From IMG/VR virus record IMGVR_UViG_3300050821_020196, positions 6,527-70,526 of that record: a stretch of 64,000 bases of DNA, one strand, 5' to 3'. This DNA is from a virus. Shown in pieces: positions 1 to 10,329 of the stretch; position 1 is the first letter of the stretch; every line of letters begins with the position of its first letter. The position numbers were made by a program, and so were the translations under genes. Below the pieces are notes generated by a model. It made no database searches, had not been told where the DNA came from, and saw only the letters and a program-made list of their open reading frames with translations.

Positions 1-2
1 TC

Positions 3-353
3 GAAGGCGGTATAAGGACCGCTGGCGGTTGTAGTGCCACTAATAATCTTACCATCGAATCGATGATCTTTAACCTTCCTACGAGCCATGGTGCGTTCGG
101 TTCGGGCGGTTCGGGAGTTTCTTTCGACGGTGCGTCTAATTGTCGCGTTAAAAATTGTACCTTTAACGCGGTAAGCACCGATCCCTCCGGAAGTTCCGGA
201 ATAGGGGATAACGATCCGCAAGGGGGCAATAGCTACGAGAACAATACCTTTAACGGCGTCTCGGCCCCCTTTTCCATTACCACCGATTTCGACTGTGGCA
301 TAGACCAGATAGTTCTCGATGCTAAGTACCGTCCGGAAAAACCGAAGCGATAG
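3..353 (+). CDS. 3' end of a beta-helix (pectin lyase-like) protein
   Basis: Frame open from the window start; repeats such as NCRVKNCTFN and NSYENNTFN. Confidence 0.5.
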   Translation, partial: EGGIRTAGGCSATNNLTIESMIFNLPTSHGAFGSGGSGVSFDGASNCRVKNCTFNAVSTDPSGSSGIGDNDPQGGNSYENNTFNGVSAPFSITTDFDCGIDQIVLDAKYRPEKPKR

Positions 354-362
354 TACCCGATA

Positions 363-420
363 AAAGAAACGGCTCTCGATCTAACCTCACCCGAGGAAGC
401 GAGAGCCGCTTTTCGATATA
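363..420. terminator. Hairpin with A/T flanks, likely bidirectional terminator (copy 1)
   Basis: aaacggctctcg...cgagagccgctttt; related copy at 3076-3127. Confidence 0.55.
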
Positions 421-594
421 ATTAATAACTAATAAGGTTCCTTTTTATAGAACGAAACCGCTTCTCGTGCATCTCCTCTTTTTCCTTTTTCTTCTCTTTA
501 TCCTGGCGACGTCCCGGATGCGGAGTTGCGGTTGTTTAATTTTGCTTCTTCTAATCGTTCTCCTATCCGGTATAGTAACCTCGCACTCGCATTT

Positions 595-810
595 ATGAAA
601 GAAGAAAAGGAAAAGGAATCCCCGGAAACCGCCGTTCCGAAAGGGGTAAGCGCTTACATGCGCAAGCTCGCCCGCAAGTCGCACGCCGCCCGTAAAGGCA
701 CCCCGAAGGCGATCGCTCACGCGAAGGACATGGCTTTAAAGAGCGCGGCGGCCCGTAAGAAGCGGGCGGAGGAACGCCGCTTAGCCGGGACGACTCCGGA
801 GGCGGCGTAA
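595..810 (+). CDS. Small basic hypothetical protein
   Basis: ORF; ATG 595 preferred over TTG 526; K/R/A-rich. Confidence 0.6.
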   Translation: MKEEKEKESPETAVPKGVSAYMRKLARKSHAARKGTPKAIAHAKDMALKSAAARKKRAEERRLAGTTPEAA

Positions 811-822
811 TTAAATGCCGGA

Positions 823-1035
823 ATGTATACTTGGGCGAATGCCATGGTCCAATTCGACTACGACCCGGATAGCGGCCTCGTAACTCTTTGCGAGGTTATT
901 AACGGGGAGCGGATTCGAACCATCGAGAGCCGTTACATCGAGCGCAATCTAAGCAAGAAGCAATTCTTCGATAAACTTATAGAGGCGGTAAAATGCACCC
1001 CGGAAGAAGTGACATTGAAGGATTTAAAGGATTAG
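823..1035 (+). CDS. Hypothetical phage protein
   Basis: ORF preceded by GTAATT at 807. Confidence 0.6.
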   Translation: MYTWANAMVQFDYDPDSGLVTLCEVINGERIRTIESRYIERNLSKKQFFDKLIEAVKCTPEEVTLKDLKD

Positions 1036-1264
1036 AGAACCTCGATCCCGGAGAGACCTATTCTTTTACCGGCGAACAGCTGGCCATGTTCATTCGCGGC
1101 TCCGTCGGGATCGCTAATGAGCTTTATACTAAGATGGGGACCGGCAACGACGAGGCGGTTTACCGGGAAACGATCATGATGCAAATGGAGGGCCTCCTCG
1201 TCGAGCGGGAACTCGTCCGGCGCGGCATCGTAAAGAACCCTAAGCACCAACTCTATCCGCTCCC

Positions 1265-2032
1265 TTGAACGCCCAACTTTTTATCGTTACCTACGCGAAG
1301 GATCTCGATTGGCTAGCCGTCTCCTTGCGTTCGGTAGCGAAATATTGGAAGTCGGAGTACCCGCCGCTTATCGTGGCCAATATTGATAGCTGGGGGAAGC
1401 TCCCGCGCATCGTCCGCGAACTAAACGCCCGGGTGCATTGGGTAGACTTATGGTCGGACGGACGCCGGGACCAGGTCTACGTTAAGATGCACGCCGACGA
1501 CTATATCGCCCCGGAGGCGGATTCGGTTCTTTACCTCGATAGCGACTGCCTTTTTTCGCGTCCGGTCGATCCTAGCCTACTCGTAGATCCGTCGGGGCGG
1601 CCCTACGTACGGATGCGATCCTACGCCTCCGCTTTAGACGAGGGGATAAACGGTCGGCGGCTAAACGAGATCGAGAACTGGTCTTATCGCGGCTATCGAG
1701 ACGTTATCCGGGAAATTTTAACCGGGGAGTCTCCGGTCTACGAGTACATGCAAGCTATGCCCTACTTGTACTACAAAGACACGGTTCGGCGCACCCGGGA
1801 AGCGATCGAGAAGCGGTGCGGGAAGAGGTTAAAAGAAGTCATGTTCGATTACCATTCCTCCCTCTTTTCCGAGTTTAATCTCTTCGGGGCTTACGCCGCC
1901 CGTTACGAGCCGGAGCGTTAACGCTTCCTTTTGCCGGAGGAATACGGGCCGAAGTGCGTGCGCGAATTCCATAGCTGGACGCAAAGCCCGGAGGATAAAA
2001 AGAGCGAGATCGAGGAGATCCTATGCCGATAG
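1265..2032 (+). pseudogene. DUF6492-like glycosyltransferase-related protein with internal stop
   Basis: YLDSDCLF (DxD) and FSEFNLFGAY motifs; TAA at 1919-1921, but the frame continues (RFLLPEEY...REFHSW...) to TAG 2032. Confidence 0.55.
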
Positions 2033-2445
2033 TCTATAAGCCTTATTCGTGGTATAAGGAAGGGAAGTACATGGGAGAGGTTTACCTCTCGGAGATGAAG
2101 TTGTTTATTCCTAAGCCGCCTTCTCCGGAAACCGATCCTTTGCGCGATCCTCTACCGCTTCTCGCGAAATTAAGTATGAGTAATAAGCTCTACGGCAAGG
2201 TTTACTTGGATAACCAGTTCCTCGGCATCGCGGAGGTGAGCCTGGAAATGGTAACCCTAGCCGAGATCGCTTTTCCGTTAATGGGGGGGAAGAATGCGGA
2301 TCTTCTTTTTCGCGGGAGTACCGGCGGCAACCCAGCCACGGGGATGGTAGATGTACGGATGCCGGTTTCGCTTTCCGTACTTCGCGATTTAATCCCGGTC
2401 CGGCACGAGCAAGTGCATACGGATAACCCGAACTACGACGAATAA
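2023..2445 (+). CDS. Hypothetical phage protein
   Basis: 140-aa ORF with GAGGAG upstream. Confidence 0.6.
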   Translation: MPIVYKPYSWYKEGKYMGEVYLSEMKLFIPKPPSPETDPLRDPLPLLAKLSMSNKLYGKVYLDNQFLGIAEVSLEMVTLAEIAFPLMGGKNADLLFRGSTGGNPATGMVDVRMPVSLSVLRDLIPVRHEQVHTDNPNYDE

Positions 2446-2657
2446 TTTATCTTTGACGAATTGACCGGATGGATAAGATCGACGGATTAGCCGCTAGCCT
2501 CGAAGAGGAATTAGCCAAGCTCGAAGCGAAGCTAGTGCGCACTTCCTTAGAGCAGAATTATATCTGGGCGATCCGGAGCCTTCTCCGGCAATATTACGCC
2601 GAGATTAAGGGCAAGTAATCTTACCGCCCGCATAGCTTAGCGGTAGTTCTCGGGCGT

Positions 2658-3047
2658 ATGAGAGAGAAGGTTCGCGACATTACCGCAAGTCGGCACGGCG
2701 GGAACGCGGAATCGGCTTTAGCCTTCCGCGATCTCCGCCCGCACCTTGCCGAGCAAACCGCCCGAGTAGCTTCGATTATCCTTCAACATCCGCACGGTCT
2801 AACCGCGCAGGAAATCGAGAGGATCTCCGGCATTCCGTATAATTGTGTCTCCGCCCGTTGCGCGGAGTTAAAGGCGGAGGGTTTAGTCCTTCGCAAGAAA
2901 TTGGGTACCAACCTCGAAGGAAAGCCGTTTTTCGAGCGGCGGAAAACCCGTTCCGGATCGCTAGCCGTCGTCCTAATCTGGAATCCGACGATTAGCCCGT
3001 CGACGATCGGCTGGGTGAAGGAACTCTTCGAAGCTCCCGCCTCCTAA
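2658..3047 (+). CDS. Winged helix-turn-helix protein
   Basis: GLTAQEIERISGIPYNCVSARCAELKAEGLV; GTAGTT at 2643. Confidence 0.7.
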   Translation: MREKVRDITASRHGGNAESALAFRDLRPHLAEQTARVASIILQHPHGLTAQEIERISGIPYNCVSARCAELKAEGLVLRKKLGTNLEGKPFFERRKTRSGSLAVVLIWNPTISPSTIGWVKELFEAPAS

Positions 3048-3075
3048 CCGCTAAAAACCGCTAACCCTGAAAACG

Positions 3076-3127
3076 AAAAACGGCTCTCCTAATCCTCACC
3101 TAAGGTAGGGAGCCGTTTTTCGGTATA
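3076..3127. terminator. Hairpin with A/T flanks (copy 2)
   Basis: aaaaacggctctcct...agggagccgttttt. Confidence 0.55.
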
Positions 3128-3144
3128 TGCCCTGACTTTATTTT

Positions 3145-3489
3145 ATGAGAGAGTTTAACCTATCCGATCTTATAGAACGAGAACGAGCGCGTAGTTTTAA
3201 GCGTATGCCTCGGGCCCGCGTTCAACATCAGGTGAAGTATAGTAAAACGATGGAGCTAGGCAACGGTCAACGCTTCGAAATGTGCGCCAATTCCAAGAAC
3301 GGTTATTTCACTACCATTTCCCGCAACGTTTTAAAGGATGCGCCGGTCGTGGTCGGTCCGACCGATCTAAACCGGGAGCAATGGCTAGAGCTAGCCGAGG
3401 TTTGTACGAAAATCGCGAGTCTAGTAAAAAGCCGGAATATTAAGGAATTTTTTAATCCGAACTCCCCGCTCGATAGCGAGTTGTATTGA
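3145..3489 (+). CDS. Hypothetical phage protein
   Basis: 114-aa ORF. Confidence 0.55.
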   Translation: MREFNLSDLIERERARSFKRMPRARVQHQVKYSKTMELGNGQRFEMCANSKNGYFTTISRNVLKDAPVVVGPTDLNREQWLELAEVCTKIASLVKSRNIKEFFNPNSPLDSELY

Positions 3490-3504
3490 ACGTAATTAAC
3501 CGCG

Positions 3505-3723
3505 ATGAACATGGTAGTTAAAGCGGTCATGGCGGTTAAAACCTTAATTATCGTGGCTTCCGCCGCCGCTTTAATCCTGGAAGCCTTTATCGCGAAGGAG
3601 ACTTTTAAAATTGAAAAAGATACCGATAACCTCGTGAAGATCGAAGGCCAGATCCGGGATCTCCTTTCTATGGCGGATAAATATGGCAAACCGTCCGCCA
3701 CCCCTACCCCGGAGACGAAATAA
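3505..3723 (+). CDS. Small membrane-anchored protein
   Basis: N-terminal hydrophobic helix; GTAATT at 3492. Confidence 0.6.
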   Translation: MNMVVKAVMAVKTLIIVASAAALILEAFIAKETFKIEKDTDNLVKIEGQIRDLLSMADKYGKPSATPTPETK

Positions 3724-3726
3724 TTT

Positions 3727-4101
3727 ATGCCCGATGAGGAAAAGAAGAGCACCGGTAAATCGACCGACTGGACGAAAATCGTCGGAGCGGTCGCCGGGGG
3801 AGTGCTTCTCGCTTTGCAAGGAGCCAATCTTTCCGAGGTTTCTCACGGCAACTCCAATGGCGAGAAGCGTATGGAGACGCTCCAGCAATTGTTAGTAATT
3901 TCGAAGAACATTGACGCTTCGCTTAAAAATCAGACCCAAATGCTAGAGCATGACGAGCAAAGCGCCTCTAATCAAAAAGTTATCCTGGACACGATAAATA
4001 AAGCGATTAGCGAACGGCGTACCCTCCTCCAGCAAAGCATTGACGAGTTAAGGAAAGAAAACCATCCGACGCCTTCCTCTACTCCTTCCCCGACGCCTTA
4101 A
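3727..4101 (+). CDS. Membrane-anchored coiled-coil protein (possible lysis accessory)
   Basis: TM segment IVGAVAGGVLLAL followed by heptad repeats. Confidence 0.55.
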   Translation: MPDEEKKSTGKSTDWTKIVGAVAGGVLLALQGANLSEVSHGNSNGEKRMETLQQLLVISKNIDASLKNQTQMLEHDEQSASNQKVILDTINKAISERRTLLQQSIDELRKENHPTPSSTPSPTP

Positions 4102-4103
4102 AT

Positions 4104-4328
4104 GTGTTTATGGAATTCTGGAAACTATGTCTAGCCTGGGGTTGTTTAACCATGTTTTTCGGAGTTCCGATCGTCCTTTTTACCTTGCATATTTGGAACC
4201 TACAAACGCCCGCCGCTTTTATCCAACATATTCAAGAATTTAAATATATTGGGGAATATCTTCGTACAATAACGGCGATTATCATTTCGCTCGCCGGACT
4301 ACATACCGTCGAATTTTTTAAAAAGTGA
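4104..4328 (+). CDS. Two-TM small protein, holin candidate
   Basis: Two hydrophobic segments, basic C-terminus; function inferred. Confidence 0.45.
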   Translation: MFMEFWKLCLAWGCLTMFFGVPIVLFTLHIWNLQTPAAFIQHIQEFKYIGEYLRTITAIIISLAGLHTVEFFKK

Positions 4329-4606
4329 ACTGGCAACGCTATAAGATCTGTCTTTCGAACGGGTTAAAAGCGTCTTCCGCGCTAATCGCCGCCGTCGATA
4401 TACCGGTCGATATGCAGGTTCTCGGCGATATGGTTTTATATCATTTTCCGGCTTACCGCATCCGTTTCTTTAAAAACTAAGCGAGCCGGGTATTTACGCG
4501 ATAGTACCCCGGTTCGCTCGGATGCCATCGCAAGTCTCTAAGCGGATCGGGGGAAGTGTTAAGATTTCATTTTCACCGCACAAGTTACCGATGCCAATAA
4601 TAATGG

Positions 4607-4987
4607 TTACCGTAGTCCCTCCAATGCGGCAAACGCATCGTGAATAGATAAGCGGCTGTAGTTGAGGAGTTCGAGATCGTTACTCGTCGGACTCGTCTTG
4701 CGAGCATACGGACGCCACTTCATATTGGCCGTACTACCGTTAACGAGATCGTTAAACTTCATGCAAACGCTAGCGTAGTTGCCGCATTTGATATTACATA
4801 TATTCTCTCCGTCGAGCGGCGCGGACGGGTAGCCGTAATTAGGCTCTCCGCAAAGGATGTCCGCTTTTATTATGACGTAAGCGCCCCAGTTGGGCATCAT
4901 GCTCGGGCGCGCGTATAAGTGCCAGCGATTGCGATTCCGAATCAGCTGGTAAGTTCGGTCTTCGATAATTAAATGTGTGGGAAGCAT
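4607..4987 (-). CDS. Hypothetical moron-like protein
   Basis: 126-aa ORF opposite to its neighbours, upstream of the packaging module. Confidence 0.45.
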   Translation of the reverse strand: MLPTHLIIEDRTYQLIRNRNRWHLYARPSMMPNWGAYVIIKADILCGEPNYGYPSAPLDGENICNIKCGNYASVCMKFNDLVNGSTANMKWRPYARKTSPTSNDLELLNYSRLSIHDAFAALEGLR

Positions 4988-5110
4988 TTGAGAAAATTAC
5001 CGCCCGCTTTAACAAGTTGAAGACATTTTACGAAAAATTCCATCTAATAAGCCAATAAGGTCACTAATGACCTAGGGATTGAGGTACTCCGTCGTCAGCC
5101 AATAAGTCAT

Positions 5111-5155
5111 AGGTTCTTTCAAAAAGCGCGATCGTTCAGCGGACGCTGGCGACGT
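5111..5155 (+). other. Candidate cos site (cosQ-like AGGTTCT, cosN-like CGCTGGCGACGT)
   Basis: Resembles lambda GGGTCCT...GGGCGGCGACCT; lies just upstream of terS. Confidence 0.45.
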
Positions 5156-5308
5156 GAATTTCGATTTAGGGTGAATTAATTGTAATGTACGTCTCCAGCC
5201 AAAAATGTGTATTTTTACATTTAATGGTTGATTTGACCCGAAAAACGACGTGAACGTCGTTTTTAAGCGAGCTAGAATGTGCCCGATTTTGCGGGTATAT
5301 ATTTGAGT

Positions 5309-5521
5309 ATGGCTTCTCAAAAAGAGATAAAGGACTTCTTGGATCGGAAGAGATCTCTCCGTATCCAGAGACAAGCGGAGCTAGGCGCATGGCTAGAGCA
5401 GGTAGCCGTTATGCAAGAAGCGCTAGGCCGCAAGCTAGAGGAGAAGGAACTATCCGAGGCTCTAATCCAGTACAATAAAGTAAACCCTCCGGTAATTTAC
5501 GATATTATCCCTAACGAATGA
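5309..5521 (+). CDS. Hypothetical protein
   Basis: ORF whose stop overlaps the terS start (ATGA). Confidence 0.55.
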   Translation: MASQKEIKDFLDRKRSLRIQRQAELGAWLEQVAVMQEALGRKLEEKELSEALIQYNKVNPPVIYDIIPNE

Positions 5522-6093
5522 GTGAGGTACTCGATTTCGGCGACCAGGAGGTAAGCTCCCGAGAACTCGGCAACGTGCTCGGGCTCTCCCGGAGTGCTAT
5601 AAACGCTCTCGTTAAGAGCCGGGTCTTCCAGACGGTACCCGGGCACGGGCGGGCGACTTATCTAAAGCTCGGGCCCTCCGTGCGTTCCTTCGTCATGTTC
5701 AAGGCCAATAACGCCGGGGATACGGAGAACGTAAAAGACATTCACGAAGCCCGCCTCCGCAAGCTCCGGGCGGAAGCGGAGGCGAAGCAACTCCTCGTCG
5801 CCCAACTTAAGCGGCAACTCTTCCGGGAAGAGGACATCCGCCAGATCGTCGGCGATATGTGCATCCGGGTGCGCTCGAAGATCCTCGCCATTCCCTCGAA
5901 TACGACGGTGCTTATTACCGGGAAGACGAACCCGATCGAGGTAAAGACGGTGCTCGAACGAGCGGTGCGGGAAGTGCTCGCCGAGATTACCCCTTACTCC
6001 CCGGATACCTTCGCCGCCCGTAACCCGCTCGCCCTACCGGTAGATCCCTACGATGACGACGGCGGCGAACAAGGATCTACTCCGGGCCCTTAG
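5518..6093 (+). CDS. Terminase small subunit (Nu1-like)
   Basis: N-terminal HTH (ELGNVLGLSRSAINALVK), EARLRKLRAEAE coiled coil, directly before TerL. Confidence 0.85.
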   Translation: MSEVLDFGDQEVSSRELGNVLGLSRSAINALVKSRVFQTVPGHGRATYLKLGPSVRSFVMFKANNAGDTENVKDIHEARLRKLRAEAEAKQLLVAQLKRQLFREEDIRQIVGDMCIRVRSKILAIPSNTTVLITGKTNPIEVKTVLERAVREVLAEITPYSPDTFAARNPLALPVDPYDDDGGEQGSTPGP

Positions 6094-8014
6094 GCTTTTT
6101 CAGGAACTTCATAAGCTTTTCGAGCCTCCGCCCATCCTCGATTTAGTAGCCTGGGCGAACTCGACCCGCCAGCTTACCTCCGAGGGGGCCGTCGAGCGGG
6201 GTTCTTTTAACTACGATAAGGTGCCCTACCTTATCGAGCCCTCCAATTGCTTTACCGATCCCCGGGTCGAACGGATCGTTATTAAAGGTGCGGCGAGAAC
6301 GGGTAAATCCGAGGCTCTTCTCGTTAATCCGCTCGGGTTCATAATCGAGCATGACCCGGGCCCGGTAATGATCGCCTACCCGGGCGAGGATCTTATCGAG
6401 AAGTTTTGCGGCCAGAAGCTCGTCCCCCTCCTCCGGGATAACCCGACGATTAATCCCCGGGTGCATAAGGGAGGCCGGACGGCGGAGGGGGGCACGAATA
6501 AGATGAAGCGGAAGACCTTCGACGGGGGTTCCGTGGAGGTTGTTAACGCCGACATAGGATCTAGCTTCCGTTTGGCGGATGTCCGTTACGCCTTCTTCGA
6601 CGAGGTAGACGCGGCGAAGCCGAATTGCCAGGGGGAAGGTTCTCCGGTAAAGCTCCTAATTAAGCGGACCCAAAATGCCCCGAACCGGAAGATCGTCCTC
6701 ATTAGTAGCCCGACGGTCGCCGGGGGCTCTTTAATCGAGGACGCCTACTTAGATAGCAGCCGGGAGGTCTATACGATCCCTTGCCCGTCCTGCGGTACTT
6801 ACAACGAGCTTCTATGGAACTGGAAGAAGGAGGAAACCGGCTACCCTTCCGAGTGCGAGTTTCGAATGCGCTTTCGCGATGCCGCTATTTGTTGCGTCTC
6901 CTGCTACGAATATTTCAGCCAGTGGCAATGGCTATCGAAATCGCATCTTGGCAAATGGATAGCGACCAATCCGGGTTGGAAGAGCGGGAGGCACCGGGGT
7001 TTCTGGATCACTGGTCTCGTCAGCCCCTGGGTCTCCTGGGAGGTGCTCGTCGAAGAGTACCGGGAAGCCGTCGCTCTCCTAAAAGAAGGAAGACCGGCGG
7101 AGTTTATAACCTTTCTAAATACGGTGCTGGCCGAACTCTACGAGGAGGATCTCGGCGAACGGCTGGACGAGGAGGTCTTCTTCGCCCGGCGGGAAGTGTA
7201 TCTCGACGAGATACCGGAGGGCGTTCTCTTAATAACTTGTGGCGTTGACACGCAAGACTCCTGGCTAGCTTATAGCATCCTCGGTTGGGGAAAAGACCAC
7301 GAGTGCTGGTGCCTAGAGGCGGGGGTTATCGAGGGGGACCCGGCGGATAAGAAAACCTGGGAAACCTTCGACCGGGTTATCTATAACCGGGAGTGGATGC
7401 GGGGGGAAGAGGTGTTAAAGATCGATCGTACCTTTATCGATTCGGGCGGGCATAAGACGGATTTCGTCTACGAAAATTGCCGGGGTAGAGGACCTAGATT
7501 GTACCCTTGCCGGGGGATCGACGGAGAGGGCAAAAGCGTCATTATTAAGCGTTTCGATCCGAAGGAAGGCAAACCATTCCGCTATGAAATTGCCACGGAC
7601 ATGACGAAAAACGAACTAGCTTCCCGCTTGCGGGTGCAAGATCACGGCCCGAGTTATTTTCATTTTCCCCGGGGCGAGGATGGGGAGGAGATACGCGGGT
7701 TCGATCTCAACTTTTTTAAGAGCCTCTGCGGCGAGCGTCAGAAGGAGCTAGTCGACGCGAAGGGCTTCTCCCGCACCATTTGGACCCGCTTTCGGCGCAA
7801 CGAGTACTGGGATACCTACCAGTACGCTTATTCCGCTCTCGTCTCCCTCGGCTCCGGCCACGCTTTAGAGCGGGCTTACGAGGACCGGATCGAGGAGGCA
7901 CGGAAGAAGGCAAAGCCGAAGGAGGAGTTGCAACCGGCTTTCGGCGGTTTCCGCATGATGCCGGGGATGCGGAGCAATCCCGGGCCCAACGTGGACCCCT
8001 GGGGAGCCCGTTAA
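6053..8014 (+). CDS. Terminase large subunit, GpA family
   Basis: Walker A GAARTGKSE, Walker B FFDEVD, SSPT, CPSC, GVDTQD, IDSGG, NEYWD. Confidence 0.95.
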   Translation: MTTAANKDLLRALRLFQELHKLFEPPPILDLVAWANSTRQLTSEGAVERGSFNYDKVPYLIEPSNCFTDPRVERIVIKGAARTGKSEALLVNPLGFIIEHDPGPVMIAYPGEDLIEKFCGQKLVPLLRDNPTINPRVHKGGRTAEGGTNKMKRKTFDGGSVEVVNADIGSSFRLADVRYAFFDEVDAAKPNCQGEGSPVKLLIKRTQNAPNRKIVLISSPTVAGGSLIEDAYLDSSREVYTIPCPSCGTYNELLWNWKKEETGYPSECEFRMRFRDAAICCVSCYEYFSQWQWLSKSHLGKWIATNPGWKSGRHRGFWITGLVSPWVSWEVLVEEYREAVALLKEGRPAEFITFLNTVLAELYEEDLGERLDEEVFFARREVYLDEIPEGVLLITCGVDTQDSWLAYSILGWGKDHECWCLEAGVIEGDPADKKTWETFDRVIYNREWMRGEEVLKIDRTFIDSGGHKTDFVYENCRGRGPRLYPCRGIDGEGKSVIIKRFDPKEGKPFRYEIATDMTKNELASRLRVQDHGPSYFHFPRGEDGEEIRGFDLNFFKSLCGERQKELVDAKGFSRTIWTRFRRNEYWDTYQYAYSALVSLGSGHALERAYEDRIEEARKKAKPKEELQPAFGGFRMMPGMRSNPGPNVDPWGAR

Positions 8015-8027
8015 CGTACTTTTCGGC

Positions 8028-8216
8028 ATGATCTCCGGTTTAATCGCTTGGCTTATTCTGGTTGTCATCGTTTGTCTCCTTTATTGGATCATTACGATGT
8101 TTGCTCCTCCCCCCATCCAACGCATCGTGCTCGTTGTTTGCGTCGTGGTTGTCGTTATCGGTTTAATTTATGAAGTTTTACTCCCGCTAACCGGTTATCA
8201 CCCGGCGGTACGATAG
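8028..8216 (+). CDS. Small two-TM membrane protein
   Basis: Two hydrophobic helices; GTACTT at 8016. Confidence 0.65.
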   Translation: MISGLIAWLILVVIVCLLYWIITMFAPPPIQRIVLVVCVVVVVIGLIYEVLLPLTGYHPAVR

Positions 8217-8244
8217 TTTTCCCCGGCCCGGCGTATTTACCGGC

Positions 8245-8478
8245 ATGGCAAGCGGTATAACCTTAGCGGAAGCTCAAGTTCTCCGGACGACGGCCTTTAA
8301 GGCCTACCAGAAAGCGCTAACGAGCAAAGCGGTGGATGCCGGGCAGCTAAAGACCCAGCGCCAATCGATCGAAGGGCTCCGGGCCGACTTCCAATACTGG
8401 GACCGCTATATGCAATTCCTTATGGGGAACGGCACCTCTATGGAATTCCGTTCCCTGGTTCCCCGAGGTCTTCTCTAA
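8245..8478 (+). CDS. Head completion protein (gpW-like position)
   Basis: Small ORF between TerL and portal. Confidence 0.65.
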   Translation: MASGITLAEAQVLRTTAFKAYQKALTSKAVDAGQLKTQRQSIEGLRADFQYWDRYMQFLMGNGTSMEFRSLVPRGLL

Positions 8479-8481
8479 GCT

Positions 8482-10320
8482 ATGGCTAAACCGCCGGTAA
8501 AGCGCATCTCCGTTCCCCGCCCCCGCAACGCGGTTAATGGTCGTTTCGAGGCGAAGAACGCCTACATACCCGATTTAACTACATCTCCCCCGGGCATGGG
8601 TTTCCGGCGGGGCACCGGTTATGGGGTAGGGGCGGCCAGTTGGGAAACCAATGCTACGAAAGCCTGGTCGAGCCGCCCGGGATCTCCGGATTCGGACATC
8701 GTCCTTAATATCGATCTTATTCGTTCCCGGAGCCGCGAATTATTCATGAATTCGCCGTTGGCGGCGGCGGTAGTTAATACTACGAGGGTCTATACCGTTT
8801 CGACCGGGATAAAACCGCTTCCGAAGATCAACTACAAGCGGTTAAAGATTACGGAGAAGGAGGCGGAGGAGTTTAACGAGGATTGGTCGGAGGAGTTTAA
8901 CCTCTGGGCGAACTCCACGGCTTGCGACTGGTACCGGCGCATGAATTTCTACCAGCTGCAGGATTTAGCCATTGCTTCCATGCTTTTAAACGGTGATGCG
9001 CCCACGCTTTTGCCCTACCTCCAGCGCCCGGGCGATCTCTACGCGCTAAAGATCCGCATGATCGAGGCCGACCGCCTTTGCAACCCACTTTATTGGAATT
9101 ACGACCGCAACATTCTCGGGGGAGTAGAACTCGGGGATACTGGGGAGGTTATTAGCTACCACGTACGGCAAATCCACCCCCACCAGAATTTCTATCCGGC
9201 GGCGGTAGTGGAGAAAATGTTCGATTGGGTAGAGATCGACGCCTACGGCAAGCTTACCGGGCGGCCCAACCTTCTTCTTATCTCCGAATACGAACGATGC
9301 GAGCAGCGGCGGGGGGTGCCGATCCTGGCGAAGATTATCGAAATCCTGGCCGATTTTACTCGTTTCGTTAAGGCGGAGGTAAGCGCCTCGGAGATGACGG
9401 CCCGCTTTATCGCCACCGTGGAAAGCGAATTCCCGGACGAAAATTTCCTCGAAAAACTGACGAAAGAGGAGCGGGACTCCCTCTACCGGGTAGGCCGCTA
9501 CAACGTCATCGTCGACGAGAGCAATATCGTTAATTTCCTCCGCCCGGGCAATAAGCTGAACCTTCTAAAAAGCGAGCGGCCCTCCGGCACCTTCGATCCT
9601 TTCGTTACCGCTATTTCGAAGCTGGTCGGAGCGGCGTGCGGAGTGCCTTACGAGATCCTTTTAAGCTGTTTCTCTTCTTCCTATTCCGCTTCCCGGGCCG
9701 CGTTCAATTTGTTTGAGAAACGGATTAAGGTATTACAGAACATTATCATTTCCCAATTTTGCCAGCCGGTCTACGAGCAGCTCATGGACGAGGCGGTGGA
9801 GGAGGGAATTATTAAGGCTCCCGGCTATTTCGAGGACCCGCGCATCCGGGCGGCTTATACCCGGTGCAAGTGGATCGCCACTCCCATGGGGTCGATCGAC
9901 CCAACTAAAGATATTCAAGCTTCTAAGGATCTTATTATTATCGGGGCCTCCGATTGCGAGGCGGAGGCGGCTAAGCTAACCGGGACGAATTATAAGCACA
10001 ACGTCGCTCAGCTAGGTAAGGAAGTTAAGGAATTCCATGCCGAGGGGCTTAACCACCCCATGATCGAGACCCCGATTACCCGTACGCAAAGGATTATGGA
10101 CGAGTCGGTCGACGATACCGGCGCTCCTACTCCCGGGAAGCCGAAAGCCCCGCCTACCGCTCCGTCGGGGCCTTCTAAATCGCCTCCTCCCGCTCCGACC
10201 GCTCCTTCCCCGCCCCCGAGCCCGACTTCTTCGAAGCGTTACGTAACCTATACCCTCGATTACGACCACGAGCCCGAGCCCGGGGAGGTTCTCCGCTATT
10301 TAGAGTCGACCCGTACTTAA
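8482..10320 (+). CDS. Portal protein, lambda family
   Basis: RSRSREL, IEADRL, QRRGVP, SSYSASRAA, IDPTKD motifs; Pro-rich C-terminal tail. Confidence 0.95.
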   Translation: MAKPPVKRISVPRPRNAVNGRFEAKNAYIPDLTTSPPGMGFRRGTGYGVGAASWETNATKAWSSRPGSPDSDIVLNIDLIRSRSRELFMNSPLAAAVVNTTRVYTVSTGIKPLPKINYKRLKITEKEAEEFNEDWSEEFNLWANSTACDWYRRMNFYQLQDLAIASMLLNGDAPTLLPYLQRPGDLYALKIRMIEADRLCNPLYWNYDRNILGGVELGDTGEVISYHVRQIHPHQNFYPAAVVEKMFDWVEIDAYGKLTGRPNLLLISEYERCEQRRGVPILAKIIEILADFTRFVKAEVSASEMTARFIATVESEFPDENFLEKLTKEERDSLYRVGRYNVIVDESNIVNFLRPGNKLNLLKSERPSGTFDPFVTAISKLVGAACGVPYEILLSCFSSSYSASRAAFNLFEKRIKVLQNIIISQFCQPVYEQLMDEAVEEGIIKAPGYFEDPRIRAAYTRCKWIATPMGSIDPTKDIQASKDLIIIGASDCEAEAAKLTGTNYKHNVAQLGKEVKEFHAEGLNHPMIETPITRTQRIMDESVDDTGAPTPGKPKAPPTAPSGPSKSPPPAPTAPSPPPSPTSSKRYVTYTLDYDHEPEPGEVLRYLESTRT

Positions 10321-10329
10321 GGAGAGAAA

